From NCBI GenBank assembly GCA_964057225.1, contig OZ059900.1, positions 310,001 to 374,000 on the forward strand: a stretch of 64,000 nucleotides of DNA, in the 5' to 3' direction. How positions within the stretch are numbered: the stretch's first letter is position 1; each line of letters opens with the position of its first letter. Below, in pieces: positions 40,625-56,076 of the stretch. Source of the DNA: Auanema rhodensis. Its lineage: Eukaryota > Animalia > Nematoda. The position numbers were made by a program, and so were the translations under genes. The notes under the pieces are model-generated. The model was not told where the DNA came from. It saw nothing but the letters and a program-made list of their open reading frames with translations, and did not search any database.

Positions 40625-42014
40625 TCAAATAGCATAACTACACTAAGTATGGTCGTTTTTATGCCTTTAACACCATATACTCACCGATTTTTGGTACAAA
40701 ATCTGTAATACTCGTAAATTTTGATCATATTCGTTAAGATTTGAGAATCAAACATACAATCCACAAAAAATCAGTCTATTTTTATGAGCTTGCACTGATA
40801 TATATTCATTTTGATCAAAAAAGGTCGAAAATAGAAAGAATTTTTGAAATTTCCGAGTTTTGAGTCCAATTTGGCTAAATCGCTCATATATATGATCAAA
40901 AGCATAGTTTTATTGTCTATAACAACAAAAGTCATCAATTAAACGCTAGTGATGTTTAAATACTGAATTTCGCTCAAATAGCATAACTACACTAAGTATG
41001 GTCGTTTTTATGCCTTTAACACCATATACTCACCGATTTTTGGTACAAAATCTGTAATACTCGTAAATTTTGATCATATTCGTTAAGATTTGAGAATCAA
41101 ACACTAAATACACAAAATCAGTCTATTTTAATGAGCTTGCACTGATATATATTCATTTTGATCAAAAAAGGTCGAAAATAGAAAGAATTTTTGAAATTTC
41201 CGAGTTTTGAGTCTAATTTGGCTAAATCGCTCATATATATGATCAGAAGCATAGTTTTATTGTCTATGACAACAAAAGTCATCAATTAAACGCTAGTGAT
41301 GTTTAAATACTGATTTTCGCTCAAATAGCATTACTACACTAAGTATGGTCGTTTTTATGCCTTTAACACCATATACTCACCGATTTTTGGTACAAAATCT
41401 GTAATACTCGTAAATTTTGATCATATTCGTTAAGATTTGAGAATCAAACATACAATACACAAAATCAGTCTATTTTTATGAGCTTGCACTGATATATATT
41501 CATTTTGATCAAAAAAGGTCGAAAATAGAAAGAATTTTTGAAATTTCCGAGTTTTGAGTCTAATTTGGCTAAATCGCTCATATATATGATCAGAAGCATA
41601 GTTTTATTGTCTATGACAACAAAAGTCATCAATTAAACGCTAGTGATGTTCAAATACTGATTTTCGCTCAAATAGCATTACTACACTAAGTATGGTCGTT
41701 TTTATGCCTTTAACACCATATACTCACCGATTTTTGGTACAAAATCTGTAATACTCGTAAATTTTGATCATATTCGTTAAGATTTGAGAATCAAACACTC
41801 AGAACACAAAATCAGTTTATTTTTATGAGCTTGCACTGATATATATTCATTTTGATCAAAAAAGGTCGAAAATAGAAAGAATTTTTGAAATTTCCGAGTT
41901 TTGAGTCCAATTTGGCTAAATCGCTCATATATATGATCAAAAGCATAGTTTTATTGTCTATAACAACAAAAGTCATCAATTAAACGCTAGTGATGTTTAA
42001 ATACTGAATTTCGC

Positions 42015-45000
42015 TCAAATAGCATAACTACACTAAGTATGGTCGTTTTTATGCCTTTAACACCATATACTCACCGATTTTTGGTACAAAATCTGTAATA
42101 CTCGTAAATTTTGATCATATTCGTTAAGATTTGAGAATCAAACACACAATACACAAAATCAGTCTATTTTAATGAGCTTGCACTGATATATATTCATTTT
42201 GATCAAAAAAGGTCGAAAATAGAAAGAATTTTTGAAATTTCCGAGTTTTGAGTCCAATTTGGCTGAATCGCTCATATATATGATCAAAAGCATAGTTTTA
42301 TTGTCTATAACAACAAAAGTCATCAATTAAACGCTAGTGATGTTTTAATACTGAATTTCGCTCAAATAGCATTACTACACTAAGTATGGTCGTTTTTATG
42401 CCTTTAACACCATATACTCACCGATTTTTGGTACAAAATCTGTAATACTCGTAAATTTTGATCATATTCGTTAAGATTTGAGAATCAAACACACAATACA
42501 CAAAATCAGTCTATTTTTATGAGCTTGCACTGATATATATTCATTTTGATCAAAAAAGGTCGAAAATAGAAAGAATTTTTGAATTTTCCGAGTTTTGAGT
42601 CCAATTGGGCTAAATCGCTCATATATATGATCAAAAGCATAGTTTTATTGTCTATAACAACAAAAGTCATCAATTAAACGCTAGTGATGTTTAAATACTG
42701 AATTTCGCTCAAATAGCATAACTACACTAAGTATGGTCGTTTTTATGCCTTTAACACCATATACTCACCGATTTTTGGTACAAAATCTGTAATACTCGTA
42801 AATTTTGATCATATTCGTTAAGATTTGAGAATCAAACACTAAATACACAAAATCAGTCTATTTTAATGAGCTTGCACTGATATATATTCATTTTGATCAA
42901 AAAAGGTCGAAAATAGAAAGAATTTTTGAAATTTCCGAGTTTTGAGTCCAATTTGGCTGAATCGCTCATATATATGATCAAAAGCATAGTTTTATTGTCT
43001 ATAACAACAAAAGTCATCAATTAAACGCTAGTGATGTTTTAATACTGAATTTCGCTCAAATAGCATTACTACACTAAGTATGGTCGTTTTTATGCCTTTA
43101 ACACCATATACTCACCGATTTTTGGTACAAAATCTGTAATACTCGTAAATTTTGATCATATTCGTTAAGATTTGAGAATCAAACACTCAATACACAAAAT
43201 CAGTCTATTTTTATGAGCTTGCACTGATATATATTCATTTTGATCAAAAAAGGTCGAAAATAGAAAGAATTTTTGAAATTTCCGAGTTTTGAGTCCAATT
43301 TGGCTAAATCGCTCATATATATGATCAAAAGCATAGTTTTATTGTCTATAACAACAAAAGTCATCAATTAAACGCTAGTGATGTTTAAATACTGAATTTC
43401 GCTCAAATAGCATAACTACACTAAGTATGGTCGTTTTTATGCCTTTAACACCATATACTCACCGATTTTTGGTACAAAATCTGTAATACTCGTAAATTTT
43501 GATCATATTCGTTAAGATTTGAGAATCAAACATACAATACACAAAATCAGTCTATTTTTATGAGCTTGCACTGATATATATTCATTTTGATCAAAAAAGG
43601 TCGAAAATAGAAAGAATTTTTGAAATTTCCGAGTTTTGAGTCTAATTTGGCTAAATCGCTCATATATATGATCAGAAGCATAGTTTTATTGTCTATGACA
43701 ACAAAAGTCATCAATTAAACGCTAGTGATGTTTAAATACTGATTTTCGCTCAAATAGCATTACTACACTAAGTATGGTCGTTTTTATGCCTTTAACACCA
43801 TATACTCACCGATTTTTGGTACAAAATCTGTAATACTCGTAAATTTTGATCATATTCGTTAAGATTTGAGAATCAAACACTCAATACACAAAATCAGTCT
43901 ATTTTTATGAGCTTGCACTGATATATATTCATTTTGATCAAAAAAGGTCGAAAATAGAAAGAATTTTTGAAATTTCCGAGTTTTGAGTCCAATTTGGCTA
44001 AATCGCTCATATATATGATCAAAAGCATAGTTTTATTGTCTATAACAACAAAAGTCATCAATTAAACGCTAGTGATGTTTAAATACTGAATTTCGCTCAA
44101 ATAGCATAACTACACTAAGTATGGTCGTTTTTATGCCTTTAACACCATATACTCACCGATTTTTGGTACAAAATCTGTAATACTCGTAAATTTTGATCAT
44201 ATTCGTTAAGATTTGAGAATCAAACACACAATACACAAAATCAGTCTATTTTAATGAGCTTGCACTGATATATATTCATTTTGATCAAAAAAGGTCGAAA
44301 ATAGAAAGAATTTTTGAAATTTCCGAGTTTTGAGTCCAATTTGGCTGAATCGCTCATATATATGATCAAAAGCATAGTTTTATTGTCTATAACAACAAAA
44401 GTCATCAATTAAACGCTAGTGATGTTTTAATACTGAATTTCGCTCAAATAGCATTACTACACTAAGTATGGTCGTTTTTATGCCTTTAACACCATATACT
44501 CACCGATTTTTGGTACAAAATCTGTAATACTCGTAAATTTTGATCATATTCGTTAAGATTTGAGAATCAAACACACAATACACAAAATCAGTCTATTTTT
44601 ATGAGCTTGCACTGATATATATTCATTTTGATCAAAAAAGGTCGAAAATAGAAAGAATTTTTGAATTTTCCGAGTTTTGAGTCCAATTGGGCTAAATCGC
44701 TCATATATATAATCAAAAGCATAGTTTTATTGTCTATGACAACAAAAGTCATTAATTAAACACTAATGATGTTTAAATCACTAAATTTCGCTCAAATAGC
44801 ATTACTACACTAAGTATGGTCGTTTTTATGCCTTTAACACCATATACTCACCGATTTTTGGTACAAAATCTGTAATACTCGTAAATTTTGATCATATTCG
44901 TTAAGATTTGAGAATCAAACACACAATACACAAAATCAGTCTATTTTAATGAGCTTGCACTGATATATATTCATTTTGATCAAAAAAGGTCGAAAATAGA

Positions 45001-47568
45001 AAGAATTTTTGAAATTTCCGAGTTTTGAGTCCAATTTGGCTGAATCGCTCATATATATGATCAAAAGCATAGTTTTATTGTCTATAACAACAAAAGTCAT
45101 CAATTAAACGCTAGTGATGTTTTAATACTGAATTTCGCTCAAATAGCATTACTACACTAAGTATGGTCGTTTTTATGCCTTTAACACCATATACTCACCG
45201 ATTTTTGGTACAAAATCTGTAATACTCGTAAATTTTGATCATATTCGTTAAGATTTGAGAATCAAACACACAATACACAAAATCAGTCTATTTTTATGAG
45301 CTTGCACTGATATATATTCATTTTGATCAAAAAAGGTCGAAAATAGAAAGAATTTTTGAATTTTCCGAGTTTTGAGTCCAATTGGGCTAAATCGCTCATA
45401 TATATGATCAAAAGCATAGTTTTATTGTCTATAACAACAAAAGTCATCAATTAAACGCTAGTGATGTTTAAATACTGAATTTCGCTCAAATAGCATAACT
45501 ACACTAAGTATGGTCGTTTTTATGCCTTTAACACCATATACTCACCGATTTTTGGTACAAAATCTGTAATACTCGTAAATTTTGATCATATTCGTTAAGA
45601 TTTGAGAATCAAACACTAAATACACAAAATCAGTCTATTTTAATGAGCTTGCACTGATATATATTCATTTTGATCAAAAAAGGTCGAAAATAGAAAGAAT
45701 TTTTGAAATTTCCGAGTTTTGAGTCCAATTTGGCTGAATCGCTCATATATATGATCAAAAGCATAGTTTTATTGTCTATAACAACAAAAGTCATCAATTA
45801 AACGCTAGTGATGTTTTAATACTGAATTTCGCTCAAATAGCATTACTACACTAAGTATGGTCGTTTTTATGCCTTTAACACCATATACTCACCGATTTTT
45901 GGTACAAAATCTGTAATACTCGTAAATTTTGATCATATTCGTTAAGATTTGAGAATCAAACACTCAATACACAAAATCAGTCTATTTTTATGAGCTTGCA
46001 CTGATATATATTCATTTTGATCAAAAAAGGTCGAAAATAGAAAGAATTTTTGAAATTTCCGAGTTTTGAGTCCAATTTGGCTAAATCGCTCATATATATG
46101 ATCAAAAGCATAGTTTTATTGTCTATAACAACAAAAGTCATCAATTAAACGCTAGTGATGTTTAAATACTGAATTTCGCTCAAATAGCATAACTACACTA
46201 AGTATGGTCGTTTTTATGCCTTTAACACCATATACTCACCGATTTTTGGTACAAAATCTGTAATACTCGTAAATTTTGATCATATTCGTTAAGATTTGAG
46301 AATCAAACATACAATACACAAAATCAGTCTATTTTTATGAGCTTGCACTGATATATATTCATTTTGATCAAAAAAGGTCGAAAATAGAAAGAATTTTTGA
46401 AATTTCCGAGTTTTGAGTCTAATTTGGCTAAATCGCTCATATATATGATCAGAAGCATAGTTTTATTGTCTATGACAACAAAAGTCATCAATTAAACGCT
46501 AGTGATGTTTAAATACTGATTTTCGCTCAAATAGCATTACTACACTAAGTATGGTCGTTTTTATGCCTTTAACACCATATACTCACCGATTTTTGGTACA
46601 AAATCTGTAATACTCGTAAATTTTGATCATATTCGTTAAGATTTGAGAATCAAACACTCAATACACAAAATCAGTCTATTTTTATGAGCTTGCACTGATA
46701 TATATTCATTTTGATCAAAAAAGGTCGAAAATAGAAAGAATTTTTGAAATTTCCGAGTTTTGAGTCCAATTTGGCTAAATCGCTCATATATATGATCAAA
46801 AGCATAGTTTTATTGTCTATAACAACAGAAGTCATCAATTAAACGCTAGTGATGTTTAAATACTGAATTTCGCTCAAATAGCATAACTACACTAAGTATG
46901 GTCGTTTTTATGCCTTTAACACCATATACTCACCGATATTTGGTACAAAATCTGTAATACTCGTAAATTTTGATCATATTCGTTAAGATTTGAGAATCAA
47001 ACACACAATACACAAAATCAGTCTATTTTAATGAGCTTGCACTGATATATATTCATTTTGATCAAAAAAGGTCGAAAATAGAAAGAATTTTTGAAATTTC
47101 CGAGTTTTGAGTCCAATTTGGCTGAATCGCTCATATATATGATCAAAAGCATAGTTTTATTGTCTATAACAACAAAAGTCATCAATTAAACGCTAGTGAT
47201 GTTTTAATACTGAATTTCGCTCAAATAGCATTACTACACTAAGTATGGTCGTTTTTATGCCTTTAACACCATATACTCACCGATTTTTGGTACAAAATCT
47301 GTAATACTCGTAAATTTTGATCATATTCGTTAAGATTTGAGAATCAAACACACAATACACAAAATCAGTCTATTTTTATGAGCTTGCACTGATATATATT
47401 CATTTTGATCAAAAAAGGTCGAAAATAGAAAGAATTTTTGAATTTTCCGAGTTTTGAGTCCAATTGGGCTAAATCGCTCATATATATGATCAAAAGCATA
47501 GTTTTATTGTCTATGACAACAAAAGTCATTAATTAAACACTAATGATGTTTAAATCACTAAATTTCGC
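42015..47568 (+). repeat. 8-monomer (2777-bp) tandem duplication: 42015-44791 and 44792-47568
   Basis: Same order of eight monomer haplotypes, each unit ending in a type B monomer. The cactaaa marker sits at 42840 and 45617 (offset 2777). Confidence 0.88.
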
Positions 47569-50500
47569 TCAAATAGCATTACTACACTAAGTATGGTCGT
47601 TTTTATGCCTTTAACACCATATACTCACCGATTTTTGGTACAAAATCTGTAATACTCGTAAATTTTGATCATATTCGTTAAGATTTGAGAATCAAACATA
47701 CAATACACAAAATCAGTCTATTTTTATGAGCTTGCACTGATATATATTCATTTTGATCAAAAAAGGTCGAAAATAGAAAGAATTTTTGAAATTTCCGAGT
47801 TTTGAGTCCAATTTGGCTAAATCGCTCATATATATGATCAAAAGCATAGTTTCATTGTCTATAACAACAAAAGTCATCAATTAAACGCTAGTGATGTTTT
47901 AATACTGAATTTCGCTCAAATAGCATAACTACACTAAGTATGGTCGTTTTTATGCCTTTAACACCATATACTCACCGATTTTTGGTACAAAATCTGTAAT
48001 ACTCGTAAATTTTGATCATATTCGTTAAGATTTGAGAATCAAACATACAATACACAAATTCAGTCTATTTTTATGAGCTTGCACTGATATATATTCATTT
48101 TGATCAAAAAAGGTCGAAAATAGAAAGAATTTTTGAAATTTCCGAGTTTTGAGTCTAATTTGGCTAAATCGCTCATATATATGATCAGAAGCATAGTTTT
48201 ATTGTCTATGACAACAAAAGTCATCAATTAAACGCTAGTGATGTTTAAATACTGATTTTCGCTCAAATAGCATTACTACACTAAGTATGGTCGTTTTTAT
48301 GCCTTTAACACCATATACTCACCGATTTTTGGTACAAAATCTGTAATACTCGTAAATTTTGATCATATTCGTTAAGATTTGAGAATCAAACACTCAATAC
48401 ACAAAATCAGTCTATTTTTATGAGCTTGCACTGATATATATTCATTTTGATCAAAAAAGGTCGAAAATAGAAAGAATTTTTGAAATTTCCGAGTTTTGAG
48501 TCCAATTTGGCTAAATCGCTCATATATATGATCAAAAGCATAGTTTTATTGTCTATAACAACAAAAGTCATCAATTAAACGCTAGTGATGTTTAAATACT
48601 GAATTTCGCTCAAATAGCATAACTACACTAAGTATGGTCGTTTTTATGCCTTTAACACCATATACTCACCGATTTTTGGTACAAAATCTGTAATACTCGT
48701 AAATTTTGATCATATTCGTTAAGATTTGAGAATCAAACACACAATACACAAAATCAGTCTATTTTTATGAGCTTGCACTGATATATATTCATTTTGATCA
48801 AAAAAGGTCGAAAATAGAAAGAATTTTTGAAATTTCCGAGTTTTGAGTCCAATTTGGCTGAATCGCTCATATATATGATCAAAAGCATAGTTTTATTGTC
48901 TATAACAACAAAAGTCATCAATTAAACGCTAGTGATGTTTTAATACTGAATTTCGCTCAAATAGCATTACTACACTAAGTATGGTCGTTTTTATGCCTTT
49001 AACACCATATACTCACCGATTTTTGGTACAAAATCTGTAATACTCGTAAATTTTGATCATATTCGTTAAGATTTGAGAATCAAACACACAATACACAAAA
49101 TCAGTCTATTTTTATGAGCTTGCACTGATATATATTCATTTTGATCAAAAAAGGTCGAAAATAGAAAGAATTTTTGAATTTTCCGAGTTTTGAGTCCAAT
49201 TGGGCTAAATCGCTCATATATATGATCAAAAGCATAGTTTTATTGTCTATGACAACAAAAGTCATTAATTAAACACTAATGATGTTTAAATCACTAAATT
49301 TCGCTCAAATAGCATTACTACACTAAGTATGGTCGTTTTTATGCCTTTAACACCATATACTCACCGATTTTTGGTACAAAATCTGTAATACTCGTAAATT
49401 TTGATCATATTCGTTAAGATTTGAGAATCAAACACACAATACCCAAAATCAGTCTATTTTTATGAGCTTGCACTGATATATATTCATTTTGATCAAAAAA
49501 GGTCGAAAATAGAAAGAATTTTTGAAATTTCCGAGTTTTGAGTCCAATTTGGCTAAATCGCTCATATATATGATCAAAAGCATAGTTTCATTGTCTATAA
49601 CAACAAAAGTCATCAATTAAACGCTAGTGATGTTTTAATACTGAATTTCGCTCAAATAGCATTACTACACTAAGTATGGTCGTTTTTATGCCTTTAACAC
49701 TATATACTCACCGATTTTTGGTACAAAATCTGTAATACTTGTAAATTTTGTTCATATTTGTTAAGATTTGAGAATCAAACACACAATACACAAAATCAGT
49801 CTATTTTTATGAGTTTGCACTGATATATATTCATTTTGATCAAAAAAGGTCGAAAATAGAAAGAATTTTGGAAATGTCCGAGTTTTGAAATCCAATTTGG
49901 CTAAATCGCTCATATATATGATCAAAAGCATAGTTTTATTGTCTATAACAACAAAAGTCATCAATTAAACGCTAGTGATGTTTAAATACTGAATTTCGCT
50001 CAAATAGCATAACTACACTAAGTATGGTCGTTTTTATGCCTTTAACACCATATACTCACCGATTTTTGGTACAAAATCTGTAATACTTGTAAATTTTGAT
50101 CATATTCGTTAAGATTTGAGAATCAAACATAGAATACACGAAATCAGTCTATTTTTATGAGCTTGCACTGATATATATTCATTTTGATCAAAAAAGGTCG
50201 AAAATAGAAAGAATTTTTGAAATTTCCGAGTTTTGAGTCTAATTTGGCTAAATCGCTCATATATATGATCAGAAGCATAGTTTTATTGTCTATGACAACA
50301 AAAGTCATCAATTAAACGCTAGTGATGTTCAAATACTGATTTTCGCTCGAATAGCATTACTACACTAAGTATGGTCGTTTTTATGCCTTTAACACCATAT
50401 ACTCACCGATTTTTGGTACAAAATCTGTAATACTCGTAAATTTTGATCATATTCGTTAAGATTTGAGAATCAAACACACAATACACAAAATCAGTCTATT

Positions 50501-53500
50501 TTTATGAGCTTGCACTGATATATATTCATTTTGATCAAAAAAGGTCGAAAATAGAAAGAATTTTTGAAATTTCCGAGTTTTGAGTCCAATTTGGCTAAAT
50601 CGCTCATATATATGATCAAAAGCATAGTTTTATTGTCTATAACAACAAAAGTCATCAATTAAACGCTAGTGATGTTTAAATACTGAATTTCGCTCAAATA
50701 GCATTACTACACTAAGTATGGTCGTTTTTATGCCTTTAACACCATATACTCACCGATTTTTGGTACAAAATCTGTAATACTCGTAAATTTTGATCATATT
50801 CGTTAAGATTTGAGAATCAAACACACAATACACAAAATCAGTCTATTTTTATGAGCTTGCACTGATATATATTCATTTTGATCAAAAAAGGTCGAAAATA
50901 GAAAGAATTTTTGAATTTTCCGAGTTTTGAGTCCAATTGGGCTAAATCGCTCATTTATATGATCAAAAGCATAGTTTTATTGTCTATGACAACAAAAGTC
51001 ATTAATTAAACACTAATGATGTTTAAATCACTAAATTTCGCTCAAATAGCATTACTACACTAAGTATGGTCGTTTTTATGCCTTTAACACCATATACTCA
51101 CCAATTTTTGGTACAAAATCTGTAATACTCGTAAATTTTGATCATATTCGTTAAGATTTGAGAAGCAAACACACAATACACAAAATCAGTCTATTTTTAT
51201 GAGCTTGCACTGATATATATTCATTTTGATCAAAAAAGGTCGAAAATAGAAAGAATTTTTGAAATTTCCGAGTTTTGAGTCCAATTTGGCTGAATCGCTC
51301 ATATATATGATCAAAAGCATAGTTTTATTGTCTATAACAACAAAAGTCATCAATTAAACGCTAGTGATGTTTTAATACTGAATTTCGCTCAAATAGCATT
51401 ACTACACTAAGTATGGTCGTTTTTATGCCTTTAACACCATATACTCACCGATTTTTGGTACAAAATCTGTAATACTCGTAAATTTTGATCATATTCGTTA
51501 AGATTTGAAAATCAAACACACAATAAACAAAATCAGTATATTTATATGAGTTTGCACTGATATATATTCATTTTGATCAAAAAAGGTCGAAAATAGAAAG
51601 AATTTTTGAATTTTCCGAGTTTTGAGTCCAATTGGGCTAAATCGCTCATATATATGATCAAAAGCATAGTTTTATTGTCTATGACAACAAAAGTCATTAA
51701 TTAAACACTAATGATGTTTAAATCACTAAATTTCGCTCAAATAGCATTACTACACTAAGTATGGTCGTTTTTATGCCTTTAACACCATATACTCACCGAT
51801 TTTTGGTACAAAATCTGTAATACTCGTAAATTTTGATCATATTCGTTAAGATTTGAGAATCAAACACACAATACACAAAATCAGTCTATTTTTATGAGCT
51901 TGCACTGATATATATTCATTTTGATCAAAAAAGGTCGAAAATAGAAAGAATTTTTGAAATTTCCGAGTTTTGAGTCCAATTTGGCTAAATCGCTCATATA
52001 TATGATCAAAAGCATAGTTTTATTGTCTATAACAACAAAAGTCATCAATTAAACGCTAGTGATGTTTAAATACTGAATTTCGCTCAAATAGCATTACTAC
52101 ACTAAGTATGGTCGTTTTTATGCCTTTAACACCATATACTCACCGATTTTTGGTACAAAATCTGTAATACTCGTAAATTTTGATCATATTCGTTAAGATT
52201 TGAGAATCCAACACACAATACACAAAATCAGTCTATTTTTATGAGCTTGCACTGATATATATTCATTTTGATCAAAAAAGGTCGAAAATAGAAAGAATTT
52301 TTGAAATTTCCGAGTTTTGAGTCCAATTTGGCTAAATCGCTCATATATATGATCAAAAGCATAGTTTTATTGTCTATAACAACTAAAGTCATCAATTAAA
52401 CGCTAGTGATGTTTAAATACTGAATTTCGCTCAAATAGCATTACTACACTAAGTATGGTCGTTTTTATGCCTTTAACACCATATACTCTCCGATTTTTGG
52501 TACAAAATCTGTAATACTCGTAAATTTTGATCATATTCGTTAAGATTTGAGAATCAAACACACAATACACAAAATCAGTCTATTTTTATGAGCTTGCACT
52601 GATATATATTCATTTTGATCAAAAAAGGTCGAAAATAGAAAGAATTTTTGAATTTTCCGAGTTTTGAGTCCAATTGGGCTAAATCGCTCATATATATGAT
52701 CAAAAGCATAGTTTTATTGTCTATGACAACGAAAGTCATTAATTAAACACTAATGATGTTTAAATCACTAAATTTCGCTCAAATAGCATTACTACACTAA
52801 GTATGGTCGTTTTTATGCCTTTAACACCATATACTCACCGATTTTTGGTACAAAATCTGTAATACTCGTAAATTTTGATCATATTCGTTAAGATTTGAAA
52901 ATCAAACACACAATACACAAAATCAGTCTATTTTTATGAGCTTGCACTGATATATATTCATTTTGATCAAAAAAGGTCGAAAATAGAAAGAATTTTTGAA
53001 ATTTCCGAGTTTTGAGTCTAATTTGGCTAAATCGCTCATATATATGATCAGAAGCATAGTTCTATTGTCTATGACAACAAAAATCATCAATTAAACGCTA
53101 GTGATGTTTAAATACTGATTTTCGCTCAAATAGCATTACTACACTAAGTATGGTCGTTTTTATGCCTTTAACACCATATACTCACCGATTTTTGGTACAA
53201 AATCTGTAAAACTCGTAAATTTTGATCATATTCGTTAAGTTTTGAAAATCAAACACACAATAAACAAAATCAGTCTATTTTTATGAGTTTGCACTGATAT
53301 ATATTCATTTTGATCAAAAAAGGTCGAAAATAGAAAGAATTTTTGAATTTTCCGAGTTTTGAGTCCAATTGGGCTAAATCGCTCATATATATGATCAAAA
53401 GCATAGTTTTATTGTCTATAACAACAAAAGTCATCAATTAAACGCTAGTGATGTTTAAATACTGAATTTCGCTCAAATAGCATAACTACACTAAGTATGG

Positions 53501-56076
53501 TCGTTTTTATGCCTTTAACACCATATACTCACCGATTTTTGGTACAAAATCTGTAATACTCGTAAATTTTGATCATATTCGTTAAGATTTGAGAATCAAA
53601 CATACAATACACAAAATCAGTCTATTTTTATGAGCTTGCACTGATATATATTCATTTTGATCAAAAAAGGTCGAAAATAGAAAGAATTTTTGAAATTTCC
53701 GAGTTTTGAGTCTAATTTGGCTAAATCGCTCATATATATGATCAGAAGCATAGTTTTGTTGTCTATGACAACAAAAGTCATCAATTAAACGCTAGTGATG
53801 TTTAAATACTGATTTTCGCTCAAATAGCATTACTACACTAAGTATGGTCGTTTTTGTGCCTTTAACACCATATACTCACCGATTTTTGGTACAAAATCTG
53901 TAATACTCGTAAATTTTGATCATATTCGTTAAGATTTGAGAATCAAACATACAATACACGAAATCAGTCTATTTTTATGAGCTTGCACTGATATATATTC
54001 ATTTTGATCAAAAAAGGTCGAAAACAGAAAGAATTTTTGAAATTTCCGAGTTTTGAGTCTAATTTGGCTAAATCGCTCATATATATGATCAGAAGCATAG
54101 TTTTATTGTCTATGACAACAAAAGTCATCAATTAAACGCTAGTGATGTTTAAATACTGATTTTCGCTCAAATAGCATTACTACACTAAGTATGGTCGTTT
54201 TTATGCCTTTAACACCAGATACTCACCGATTTTTGGTACAAAATCTGTAATACTCGTAAATTTTGATCATATTCGTTAAGATTTGAAAATCAAACACACA
54301 ATAAACAAAATCAGTCTATTTTTATGAGTTTGCACTGATATATATTCATTTTGATCAAAAAAGGTCGAAAATAGAAAGAATTTTTGAATTTTCCGAGTTT
54401 TGAGTCCAATTGGGCTAAATCGCTCATATATATGATCAAAAGCATAGTTTTATTGTCTATGACAACAAAAGTCATTAATTAAACACTAATGATGTTTAAA
54501 TCACTAAATTTCGCTCAAATAGCATTACTACACTAAGTATGGTCGTTTTTATGCCTTTAACACCATATACTCACCGATTTTTGGTTCAAAATCTGTAATA
54601 CTCGTAAATTTTGATCATATTCGTTAAGATTTGAGAATCAAACACACAATACACAAAATCAGTCTATTTTTATGAGCTTGCACTGATATATATTCATTTT
54701 GATCAAAAAAGGTCGAAAATAGAAAGAATTTTTGAAATTTCCGAGTTTTGAGTCCAATTTGGCTGAATCGCTCATATATATGATCAAAAGCATAGTTTTA
54801 TTGTCTATAACAACAAAAGTCATCAATTAAACGCTAGTGATGTTTTAATACTGAATTTCGCTCAAATAGCATTACTACACTAAGTATGGTCGTTTTTATA
54901 CCTTTAACACCATATACTCACCGATTTTTGGTACAAAATCTGTAATACTCGTAAATTTTGATCATATTCGTTAAGTTTTGAAAATCAAACACACAATGAA
55001 CAAAATCAGTCTATTTTTATGAGTTTGCACTGATATATATTCATTTTGATCAAAAAAGGTCGAAAATAGAAAGAGTTTTTGAATTTTCCGAGTTTTGAGT
55101 CCAATTGGGCTAAATCGCTCATATATATGATCAAAAGCATAGTTTTATTGTCTATGACAACAAAAGTCATTAATTAAACACTAATGATGTTTAAATCACT
55201 AAATTTCGCTCAAATAGCATTACTACACTAAGTATGGTCGTTTTTATGCCTTTAACACCATATACTCACCGATTTTTGGTACAAAATCTGTAATACTCGT
55301 AAATTTTGATCATATTCGTTAAGATTTGAGAATCAAACACACAATACACAAAATCAGTCTATTTTTATGAGCTTGCACTGATATATATTCATTTTGATCA
55401 AAAAAGGTCGAAAATAGAAAGAATTTTTGAAATTTCCGAGTTTTGAGTCCAATTTGGCTAAATCGCTCATATATATGATCAAAAGCATAGTTTCATTGTC
55501 TATAACAACAAAAGTCATCAATTAAACGCTAGTGATGTTTTAATACTGAATTTCGCTCAAATAGCATTACTACACTAAGTATGGTCGTTTTTATGCCTTT
55601 AACACCATATACTCACCGATTTTTGGTACAAAATCTGTAATACTCGTAAATTTTGATCATATTCGTTAAGATTTGAGAATCAAACACACAATACACAAAA
55701 TCAGTCTATTTTTATGAGCTTGCACTGATATATATTCATTTTGATCAAAAAAGGTCGAAAATAGAAAGAATTTTTGAAATTTCCGAGTTTTGAGTCTAAT
55801 TTGGCTAAATCGCTCATATATATGATCAGAAGCATAGTTCTATTGTCTATGACAACAAAAATCATCAATTAAACGCTAGTGATGTTTAAATACTGATTTT
55901 CGCTCAAATAGCATTACTACACTAAGTATGGTCGTTTTTATGCCTTTAACACCATATACTCACCGATTTTTGGTACAAAATCTGTAATACTCGTAAATTT
56001 TGATCATATTCGTTAAGTTTTGAAAATCAAACACACAATAAACAAAATCAGTCTATTTTTATGAGTTTGCACTGAT
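44963..56076 (+). repeat. 32-monomer (11,114-bp) tandem duplication, copy 1
   Basis: About 17 private variants recur at exactly +11114, for example aacaGaag 46828/57942, ataCCc 49443/60557 and the frameshift ORF 49761/60875. Others include gctcGaat, catTtatat, ccAattttt, gaaGcaaac, gaatcCaac, aacTaaag, tactcTcc and caacGaaag. Confidence 0.92.
46180..49651 (+). repeat. 5-monomer (1736-bp) tandem duplication: 46180-47915 and 47916-49651
   Basis: The order tctaa/cagaa, cactcaa, ggctgaa, type B, tttcatt is repeated twice with a few SNP differences. Confidence 0.8.
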
